A stretch of DNA of 64,000 nucleotides from Ruditapes philippinarum (lineage: Eukaryota): positions 372,001-436,000 of the forward strand of contig NW_026854988.1 in assembly GCF_026571515.1 (NCBI RefSeq), in the 5' to 3' direction. The notes under the pieces were generated by a model. The model had not been told where the DNA came from and did no database searches. It worked only from the letters and a program-made list of their open reading frames with translations. The translations under genes were made by a program, and so were the position numbers. Positions 28,201 to 38,720 of the stretch are shown here, piece by piece. Position 1 is the stretch's first letter; each line of letters begins with the position of its first letter.

Positions 28201-29039
28201 AAGAATTGTAAATTCAATTTACATCAATATAATTACTTTCAAAAAACAATGAATTTGTTAACGCAAAACTATTCATTCTTATCAAGCGTTTCTTTTGCGC
28301 AACGTCTCGATGTACTCTTGTACATTGCAGGAAAAAAGAAAGAGGAAATTAAGAAACGCGAGGGTATCGAAAGAAGGAAAATAGAATTGAAAGAAAAGAG
28401 AGAACTCAAAACTAAAATGGAGCAGGAAAAGAAGGCTAAAAGAGAGCAAGAGAAAGAAGAACGAGTGAAGAGAAGAGAACAGCAAGAAGAAGAGAAGAGG
28501 CAGAGAAAGATTACCAGGGAAGAACAAAAACAAAAAAGGAATAAAGAAAGAGAAGAAAAACGAAAGCAAAAGCAAAAGTCGACGGTAAAAAAACCTTATG
28601 AGCAATAATGCTTTCTTATATCGTACGGATATTATGTTTTGCGCAAATGTTTCGAGTTTTTTTTATTTGTGATTAATTCCGAAAATTATTAGTATATAAT
28701 TGAAACGTAATTTGCAATTCAGAAAATGCCTTGCCACATTTTTTAGTCATATTAAGTTAGAACAAGTTTATTGAAAATGCTTTTGATGTGTTGTAGGTTA
28801 ATGTAGCAGAGCATCTTGCTGCTAGCTTCTATGTCTGTGATGTATGTGGAATAAGCGGTGAAGCTGATGATGAAGAGCGGGGAATCGCGTGGTATGGCTG
28901 CGACGAAGACTGTTGTCAACGCTGGTACCATGATGACTGTTTAAGTCTTGCTGAGTTGGAATGGGTGCTTGAAAGTCTGGGAGATAGTTCCAGCTGGTAT
29001 TGCAGACTTTGCAAGCCATGGCTCTACCAAGAAGAGTAA
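25223..29039 (+). CDS. Spliced pogo transposase (~630 aa): HTH_psq, CENP-B-type HTH, DDE_1 (DD35D), CxxC, K/E coiled coil, C-terminal PHD finger
   Basis: Exons with GT-AG boundaries: 25223-25517, 25982-26190, 26549-26722, 26875-27150, 27324-27428, 27704-27824, 27971-28191, 28331(or 28339)-28584, 28797-29039. Motifs AAKEFQVPKSTLSD, GFPLT, GWFQRFMSRHPDL, IFNCDETGF, LLIMDNHDAH, HTTHILQPLDV, AFAVTGICPFNP. One phase conflict at exon 7/8. Confidence 0.92.
25668..25912. mobile_element. Palindromic (fold-back) MITE in first coding intron of the transposase
   Basis: ~105 bp arms TATATGAGCCG...GGATCCATGCTGTTCG / CGAACAGCATGGATCC...CGGCTCATATA around a ~35 nt spacer. Confidence 0.9.
26205..26429 (-). 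mobile_element. Full-length tRNA-derived SINE in second coding intron of the transposase
   Basis: Near-identical to 54098-54323; A/B boxes on - strand, (AAAC)n tail; no clear TSD. Confidence 0.9.
28797..29039 (+). CDS. Terminal transposase exon encoding a PHD (C4HC3) finger
   Basis: Translates VNVAEHLAASFYVCDVCGISGEADDEERGIAWYGCDEDCCQRWYHDDCLSLAELEWVLESLGDSSSWYCRLCKPWLYQEE*; acceptor tgtAG at 28795-6. Confidence 0.88.
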   Translation, partial: VNVAEHLAASFYVCDVCGISGEADDEERGIAWYGCDEDCCQRWYHDDCLSLAELEWVLESLGDSSSWYCRLCKPWLYQEE

Positions 29040-29560
29040 ATCTGTGCTTACTGTGACAATTGTGTAACTGTTATTTTATGGTTTTTTTGTGTTTTGATAA
29101 AAAAGCAAACGCAAAGTGAAAAAAAAATTACTGAATATCAAATACGATAAATGATTTATAAAGAATTAATACGTTTATTGTGTTATTATTTAATAGCCCA
29201 TACACCCCATGTACGGGCCTCACCATGGTTCGTGTCTATTTTTAGTGACAACTTGGGGTTTTCCGATATTTTAAACTTGCCTTTTATTAGTAGAAGTTCC
29301 CTTGGTGAGTATTTTTGTGATTTATTTTGATTCACGACTATAAAATGTTATTAAACTAAATGTCCGGTAAATTGAGTTGTATGTACGTTTTTTTGGCTTT
29401 TATAATGCCCCACTTTAAAGACGCTTTTAATGGTCAGAATCATAAATCTTAAGCATGAAAATATATCGAGAACATAAATTGAGAACCAAAAATTAGTTGG
29501 GTAAAATTTCATGATTTTTTATTGTTTTGAATAAAAGTTACAGCTAAAAAACCTCATATT

Positions 29561-29586
29561 TTGTCCGGTAATACGTAGGACCCCAG
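29561..29586 (-). repeat. Right terminal inverted repeat of pogo element
   Basis: TTGTCCGGTAATACGTAGGACCCCAG followed by TA. Confidence 0.95.
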
Positions 29587-30639
29587 TATGTAAAAATGAT
29601 AATCGGTCGAACTAACATATGATTTTTTCTAAACTTTCGATACAGTCATATAGAAATATTAGCAATGATTGCGTTACATGGACATAATGTTTTCTGGTAG
29701 CTAAGAAATATACTGAGAGTACCTGATAAGTTCGGTGTATTTTGGGGTGTTTTTCGATATTTTCATGATGTGCATGAGTAGACTTATAGGATTGCGAAGG
29801 ATTCTTGCGGTCTTGTAAATTTTGACAAAATTTAAAACTCAGTAAGGTCTTGACTGTGCAATAATAAACTCTTAATTCTTATGTAAAATAAAATGTTCAT
29901 ATGAACATGCCATGTGATCTAAACCCAATTAAAGTATTTTAAATAGAAAAATTAATGAACCATCAAGTACATTTCATTAAAAAAATATCCTTTTCATTTT
30001 ATTTCATTACGGAAAAAAAATATCCTTTACATTTTATTTTAGAATGGCCAATACAATGAAGTTATAGGTTTTCAGTTTGTTATTTTAAAATTACCAAATA
30101 AAATTCTTCTTATATTCAGTTCTTCCCTGTAAGGTTAAATTTTACAGGAAGTCAAATTTACTTTAGCCGGCTTTGGCCGAAACAGCAGTCTTTTGCAACG
30201 TTTTGTCTCATGAACTGTTTGTGGATAGAATGTGTACACATGTTTGTTTTTATTTCAGCGGAATATGGTATTTATTATGAAGAATAACTATTCGTTTTTG
30301 GGATGTTCAAATCAATCTGCTGTATTAATACAGTGTAATTTAAAAGTCAATCAATTGCAATTGGATTTAAATACACACCGGTGAATTTTGTTCTGAGAAC
30401 TAGTTTGTGAGGAGTGAATTAGAAATTAAACGAAGTAATCATACCTTGGAACAGATGGGATATAAAGCAGAGTCAGGAAAATTGTGATTTTGTGAGTGTC
30501 ATTTGTTAATGTACAATTTCAATTCTATATGAAAATGTAAATTCACTCTGCTTTGTATTTGTAATGAACAATATATATTGTTAACAACTGTTTGTTTGTT
30601 TGTTTGTTGATGACCCCTTGGTTTCATTTTTTTTCTTGT

Positions 30640-32140
30640 CGTACAAAGGTGAACTATTTGAAACGTTAAATTACCAAATTTGTCTGCATAGCTACTGCTG
30701 ACTGACTGGTATGTTTTATGGGAATGTTATTTTAATTGAAGATACCAAGCCTATGAACATAATATAATTGTTTTGACATTTTACAGATGAGACACTACTA
30801 AAGTGAAATTATGCTTATGTTGTATTGTCAAATTGTGTTGAATTGACTATACATTTCAAAACATGGCCTGATATAATGATGATTGACCAGCAATTGATTA
30901 AATAAAATGTTAATCTGCCCAAGATATAACAAAATAGCCAATATTTTCATAAATTGAACGTTCGGGTATATTCCGATGGATATTGATATATTAATCTATT
31001 TGAAACTCGCCATCGTAAACTTTCTTCGAGACAAATGATTTCGTAATTAATTGTTGACTACTTTACTGATTGAAGCCATATTTATTAAGCTATACGTTTT
31101 ATTCTGACAAAACTTGGTGTTTTCATATCTCATAACAGAGTAAATAACAACAATTTGACATAAACATAGTTTTATTAATGAAGCAGCTTCCATTTATAAC
31201 TATTTAATAAAACAATTTAATATGCAAATAGCAAGTGTAGTTTTTCTAAATATGCAAAGATCATTGGCATTACTACTAAATGCAAAGAGGTGGTATGACA
31301 CTGAAAAAATAATTCTAAAACTGAATAATGAAATGTGTTAATGTTTGAAAACTAAATGCATTTTATCTTCTAAGCAAATTAAGGAAAGTACAAGAAGATG
31401 CCAATCCGGATATGAGACACTTAAACTAAGTATATATACATGACTTTCTATATATTGACTTTCTTTCAAATATATTAGCATTTCATAACCTTATGTATGC
31501 AATCATAAAAAGTATTTCCACATATATATACATATAATACATATTAAAAATACCTGTTACTTCAGTTATTTACAAAAATGTTATTTACATTCCTATACAA
31601 AAGCTAAAGCGGCATCCTTTTCCCAATAAAATGTATTGAAATCAATGATCCTGGATATTTAGAATTTCTCCAATTCTAAAAACGACATTTTAATGATGGG
31701 CTTAGATATAACAAATACATATTTTGTTGTCCTTTTCAATATTATAAGACATTTGTTCCAATTATATTATATTATACAATAACAAATATATTTTGTTGTT
31801 CTTTTCCATGTTCTCAGACGTTTGTTCAAATTCTTTGCTAAATTGTTCTCCTTACTTTGTAGCAATATCATAATTATAAAATTATATTAAAATGCCTTAA
31901 AAGAACAAGATTGTATTCTGACAACAATATGAAAAATTATAAAGACTCATGCCGCTTAAATAATTCATAGAAATCGGTATATCCAATAAGTTTCTGCAAT
32001 ATTTCACTGTCTGTTACACTGAGGTTGTCTGTCGATCTATAATGATCGGATGCTGTGCTACAGATATATTTGTTTCACATTTTCGTGGGATTGGCTAATA
32101 AATCATGTTGAAATGAAAGTTTATTTGAGCTGTAGTTTAG
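30640..32140 (-). pseudogene. GPCR paralog relic lacking the entire coding exon
   Basis: Exon-1 homolog 31951-32140 with donor GTAAGT changed to ATGAGT; intron homology stops at 31603 (=13388) and resumes as 3' flank (=~15735). Confidence 0.8.
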
Positions 32141-34151
32141 ATAACAATTCTAAGTGATCTTGTGATCTAAGTGATCTGTTGGTTACTCAATGTTCATAAA
32201 TTTTAAAATCTTAAAAGCATACATCACTGAATATGCCAATTGAATGATCATATAAACTTACATCAAAGTCAAATTCAAACTTTTAGTGTAAGGTTGTTAG
32301 AAATCCCTCTTGAGATTAAATATTTCATCGACATTACATTCAAAATTTTAGAGACTTGCCATATCTAAGGAATACATGTACTAGTTTCATCGAAAACATT
32401 TAACATGAAAAATATAAATTGTGATAATCAATGTAAACTTAACTCGTTTAAAGGAATAAACATTAAGTCTTTTAACAATTTTACAATAAAATATGTTGTC
32501 TTTAATATTATTTCTTCGAAACATAATTACAGCAATATGCATTACATTTTGTTTGTATAATCGATTTTTGTACGTGCATGTACATTTTAGTATTTTTTTT
32601 TATGTTTATATACTGCACCCTGAAAACTACTTGTTTTCAATATTACCAGTCACTGTTATAAACTGTGGGAGCTAAGTCAATTACAACACAAACGAGATAG
32701 AGTAAATATTAACATCAAACTTTGCTTGGTACAGAAGGTGAAATATGAAACATTCCTATTTACAAAGCGTATGTAAATATATCTGGTTAAACCTGCCAGT
32801 TGTTTAAGCAATGTCGGGCGTGCACTTAAGATCGTGCAGTGCGGCAATATAATAACAGATAAACAGTTTCAAAAATGTTCATTCAAGATTTCATTTACGT
32901 TATCAATACCATTTTACCGTAAAACTATTTCTCTTAAGTTTTAACCTACATCGCCAAAGATGTGAATGATTGTGTATGATATAAACATGTTGCGTTTATT
33001 TATCAAAAGATCGCATTAAAATATGTATATTGTGTTGCTGCTGACGTCATGAGTTGATATCATCTATGTGTTCTTTAAAGGTACATTAAGTGTTTCATTC
33101 AATAAAAAGTAACCTCTTTGTTGTGGTCTGTAATGAATGAATTACTCTAGTGTGAAAAAAATCCCACCTGTTCTCCAGGATAGCTTGTAACCAAGAGAAA
33201 CTAAATCGACTTCAGAAATCATTTATTAAATCTACATTAGCAATGTTTTATGAAACCTCCACAGCAAGATCCATAATCAACTTTCCTTATATCAGTGTAA
33301 ATCAATTTCACATAGAACAAACGACTATTTGATTTATTTATATCAATACAAAGTCCATTCGTTTTAATAATACATTTGAAAGTTCATACACCTGGCCAGA
33401 AGTGATATTTACTTTTTATTTTATAATATACAGGCTGAAAACAATGTATTGCTGTCAAAGGATTTGAGACTTGTCATAAGGCCATGCCACTTGATGTTCT
33501 CAGTTTGATTCCTTCTAAAATAACACATAGCTATGTTCAATGATGTAATGAGATGTGCACATATTGCATATCTTCATAATAATATCCTAGATATAGCAAC
33601 ATTATAGGCGAAAATAATATCTATGCAAGGTAATTGTGTTTGATATGAACAAGTTTTTAATAAAAAATATTTTTTGCTGTAATATTTAATCCATCCCTCT
33701 TTGCTTTTCATTTTACTGATTAATATGTATTTAATTTTGTGATGAGATTCAAAATCACTAGTTACAATATAACTGTTTGCCCTAACACTGATACAAACCT
33801 GGTTCTTTGTTCAAGATATAATTTGTATGATTTTTGTTTGAGTCCTACGTTTTAACATTTTATAAATAAAAAAAACAGCCAATGTGTTGTTATTTATGTT
33901 AATGATATTTTCTATCGCAGCGCCCGATATCCACGCATAGGGTTCCTCACAGATATTTAAAAAACAATTTCTTGATCAGAGAGCAAAGGTTCATTTATAA
34001 AGTAAAAAACTACTTATCAACCTGAACTTGGGGATGATTTCTTTCTTTCAAAATTAATTTAACCATTTTTACAGATGTTAAGAAATATTTTTGGATTTAT
34101 TTAAATAAAATATTAACTGTAAAACATTTGATTCGGATCACAACGGAAATA

Positions 34152-34473
34152 CTATAAATCCGGTATTTTTCGCGATGTTTTAATTTTCGCTATTATTTGC
34201 GAATCGGTTACGTCGCGAATTCATGATAACGCATAAATTTTATAACACAACATACGTTATACAAATTTATATCAGTTACAATTTTTTTTAAATTGTGGTC
34301 AAGTTTGATAATGAATACAATCACTAATTTAAAAATATACTGCGGATTTTTTTTTTAAAAAAGTCGCGAATTTAAAATTCTGACACTGCCCTCGCGAATT
34401 CATGAAGCCGCGAAATAATTCTGGAATGGGGTTTTCGCGAAATAAAGATCACGCAAATATAAAGTGATTAAAG
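34152..34473. mobile_element. TA-flanked MITE rich in TCGCGA motifs (Tc1/mariner/pogo-type non-autonomous)
   Basis: TA at 34150-1 and 34474-5, degenerate TIRs; paralogous empty site cacaacttaaaTAttcatg at ~41262-41280. Confidence 0.75.
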
Positions 34474-36869
34474 TATTGAAGAAGACTCATATACTTACTA
34501 TGTGCACTTTCATATTTCATAGTTCTCACACATTTGATTCATGTTACTTCTACTATGATCGGAGATTTTTCGTTATTATGTGTATAATGAGAACAATTCA
34601 TTCGGACATCATTTTGAGTCATCTATTATAATTGTTTAATTTTTTTGTAAATATATTTAATGAAGTGAATGTGTTTCTCGTAGATGAAAGATAACATCTT
34701 TGTTGAAATAATTAATAAATTTGGTGTGCATAATAGCCCAGTGAACACAATTTAGATTTTTGCAACTGATAAGGCACTTGCATTAATAAACATTAAAACT
34801 TGATTGTTTTATCAATTTTCAGTATTTGATTAATGGTTCTCTTAAAATGCATAATTATCATGACTGATTAATAAAATAATAAATAGGCTAGCAATTAAAC
34901 TGGATGCTGTTGGTGCTTACAAATGATGATAAAATATCTTTAAATTTTATTTCGAATGACTTCGACTTTATTATTCAACATATTGTTCCAATACAATAAT
35001 TCATGAAATGAATCTATCAAGAGCGTATGGTTTATATAAATTTATAATGTTCACAACAAATTTATAACAATGTCAGTCTTTACATATGCCGACAATTCAA
35101 AACGATTGCAATCACAGTGAAATTGATGATGTTTAATGATATTGTTTTTCGGTATGGTTTCAATTTATTTTTGCCAGACATTTTGATAGAATATAAGTAT
35201 GTCATTCTGATGATACTATATATCTAAAAAAGAGGTTTTCGTGTAGGAATCCGGGTGCCACTATATCAATGGTCGCAGACCCTAAGTCATGTAAATTGGT
35301 TTTAAAAGGATGTACATTAAAGTCTAGCTAAAACAAGTTGCATAACATTTTAGAATGGACACTTTTTTATGATTAGTTCGAATTGAAAGTATAATGTTGA
35401 GGTCTTTGTTGCAAGAACATACCTTGTATGCATATAATATTCAAATAAAAAGAGAAATATTTGTAACCGTTCCAAAATAAATTATGTTTATCGACGTGCA
35501 ATTTTATAAAAATGTTTCAAGTATTAATGGTGTATCATGAAATAATACTTAAAACTGGAAATCGTGACCTAAAGATAGTTATCCTTTGTTATAAAGATAA
35601 CGATTTACTCGTTTAATCCCCTCTACGAATATTTAAATTCATGTTTAACAATAAAATACTTCGTTAACACCCATGGGTATCATTTCTAGTAGTCAAGAAG
35701 ATTATTTAATAGTCTGATAAGTACAATTATATATATATTTACTAGTGGACAAAATGATCTTTACAGCAATAATATATCATACATTTGACTTAATCAATGA
35801 CATATTCTTTAAGCGACTCAATGAATATAATATGCAACTGCACATTTTATATTCCATACAAAAAGACATTTTATAAGAACGTATAGTTTATTTTTGATTA
35901 TCTTTTACATCAATGCTTTCTAATGTATAAGACGTATGAATATGTTTATTCCCTATTCGCCAGATTAGTTTTTCTATCACAGCAATGCTCTTGTTCTATA
36001 TATTAATCAAATCTAAGCATCCGATCAATTGTAACGTAGACCAACAATATCTTCTTTTTTGACTGAATATCAATTTAATCCTTCATTCGATTGATAGTCG
36101 TCAATATTTCTTGGCGGCGTTAAGGAAAAAAGTAGATCTTTGACTTTTGAAAGTTATTGGAAATGATCAAAGATTCTGTTTAAGTGATTCAAAAATGTTC
36201 AGTCTGCTAGGAATAAGGAACGGCAATAACTACAAGACCAATAAAAATGAAACCAACAAAATGATAACAACCCTCATCACCCCCTCCCCCCCCCCCCAAT
36301 TCAAAAAGAAAGAAAAAGAAAACAAACAAAAGATTATTAACAACAACAACACAAAAAAACAACAATAAAATCCTAACCAACAAACACAAAGCACAAAACA
36401 AAAGCAATCAAACAGTCAAGCATTCACTTGTTACGCCCCTTTGAATATACAATAACCGATTACCTCAAGATATAAAAGCAGTGTTTCGTGATGGAATCAT
36501 ATGTAGATGCTTAGAACTAGAAGTCTGAAATTTCATATTTTGTTTAACAGTCAGGTATTAAAATATGAGATTTGTTTTCATTGTATATCGCAGATAAAAA
36601 ATTTGATTTTGCGCTTCACAATTTGTATAAATGTCCGCCGGGTTTCCCAAAACAAATATCATAAATTTTTTTTAAATTTCTCGGAGAGTACAGAAGTGTA
36701 ATGTACCGAAACAGCTATGGCAATAGTTTGTAACTTTTATATTTTATAGTGATATTAATCTCCTTTTAAACATATGACTGAATATTTATTAAAGATATAT
36801 TAAGAACATTAAACTATAAAAAAAACAATAAGAAGAAAAAAACAAAAAAAACATTTTAAAATTTTATCC

Positions 36870-38720
36870 GGCAGAAAGAAAAAAAGGAAAACCTGACAGT
36901 ATCAATATGACGAATTCTATAACTACGTTGTCTTTTTCATAAACGGACTTGTGATCCGTTGTATTTGGAAAAATTTTTTGGATGATCAGAGGCTTTGAAC
37001 CATCAAAAAGTTTTAAGAATAAATTAATGGATTGTAACAGAAACTGAAAATGGGACCTACACGCTCAAAAAAATATTAATGGGAAAAATTAACCCAAAAA
37101 ACCCCCGATTGGGGGTTTAAAATGTTTTGAAAAAAAATTAAATTTTTCCCAAATAATAAAACATAACGAAGTGGCTTAAAAAACAAAAATAAAACGCCAA
37201 AAAATTCTAACAAAAATAATAAACAACCTTTTTAAAAGTTTCTTTTGTTTTTTTCACAAAACCTGTGCCGCTTTTTTTCGGCCCGTCAAAGGTAAATTTC
37301 AAAGGCCCCCTTTTTTATATATTTTTAAAGTTTTACGTCAAATTTTTTGTTAAAACATAGTTTTTAAGACGCCGCTTTTAAAAAATTCGTTAACAAAATA
37401 AAGGGGGCCAAATCAAATAAACTTTAAATTTTAGGTATTTATGAAAAGAAAAATTTATAATCCTGGTTTGGGTTTTTTTTTGAAAAATTATTGGAAAGTT
37501 GAAATAAAAATTTTAAATTAGCTTGCCAAGGCCCAAAAAATTTTTAAAAATTTTAAACTCGAAAAATAAATTCAGTTTTTGAAAAATGCCCCTCATATAA
37601 ACCTCTATCCCATTGAATAATTTAAGGAGTCTAATGAAAATTATTTTTGAATAATTTTTAAAAAAGTGAACATTATCAAAATATAATTTCAGAGATTTCA
37701 AATAATGAGACTACTTTTTGTACCTCACTTTGCAATATAGAAGAAAACGCCTTTCTTAGCTTTGGGAATACGAAGTAGCTAATAGCCCAATATGCTTCCT
37801 TTAAATACATGTTTTTACGAAATGTGGGAAATAAATATGTTTAAACTATCAAATTTCGTTGGCATTTGATATACTAATGTCGCTGCCGGTGTACGACAAC
37901 CCAGCATTTTTTTTTGGGGGGGACGCAACCAGCGTACAGCCTTCCATTTAATAACAGATGCCTCAGAGAAACCTAGCAGCTTCCTTTGAAATCCAACGCT
38001 TTCCGATGTAACAAGCATAAATTTTACCTTTTATATTTATGTTTACCGTGCCATTTCGTGTTTAACATTATCATTTGTTTCTAAATTTAGGAATAGTAAT
38101 GAGTAGGATAATTAACAAAGATTTTTTATTTAAAAGAAAATCTTTTTTTTGAAAAGCGGAAAACTTTATTGACCAAAATTTTGCTGCATTGAAAGGCCTA
38201 CACCCCTTTTTTTAATAAAGTAAAAAAACCAAAAAAAACATTAAACGTTTTTTCAATGCTTTTTAAAAGGAAAATTTTTTGGAAAAAAATTTTTTGTTTA
38301 GACATGGGGGTTTTTAATCCGGTTTTTTTTAAAATTGTTTTTTGAGATAAAAGGGTTCTTCTCGTTTCAATTTACATATACTATTTAGGAAAGTATCCCA
38401 AATGATTTTTGTTTTAACAAAGCAAAACAGGGAAATTTTTGATTTAAATTTAAAATTAAAATTTTTTATATGTTGTTTTTAATTTAAAACTCCCCAACTA
38501 AAAAAAATTTGGGAAACGTTTTAAATTTTAAAAATAAAATGCAAAAAAGGTTCCTCATTGCTGTTAAACCTAATCTCACAAAAAGCAACGTGAACTGCCA
38601 AAATAATGAGAACAACAATGTCTTTGTGGCTTTCTATGATTTGTGAATATTTGTGTTTTTTTGTTATTTTTCTTTTTGTGTTTACTTTGTCAAAATTTGT
38701 TTTAGGGAAAAAATTTATCA
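36870..38720. other. Probable low-accuracy consensus region
   Basis: Homopolymer-inflated, garbled version of the reverse complement of ~5740-6530, while flanks align cleanly. Confidence 0.65.

Larger units (their letters stand above)
24674..29586 (+). mobile_element. Full-length pogo-superfamily DNA transposon (DD35D, Fot-like/Passer-type spacing), 4913 bp
   Basis: TA|CTGGGGTCCTACATATTTACCGGACAA ... TTGTCCGGTAATACGTAGGACCCCAG|TA; TA duplication 24672-3 and 29587-8; flanks are contiguous in the paralog at ~16630-16670; internal transposase gene. Confidence 0.95.

Noticed and set aside
28282-28605. 107 aa F/L-rich minus-strand ORF
   Set aside because: Antisense of the K/E-rich transposase exon
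36870-38720. Apparent hypermutated or novel low-complexity region
   Set aside because: Homopolymer inflation indicates poor consensus quality rather than biology
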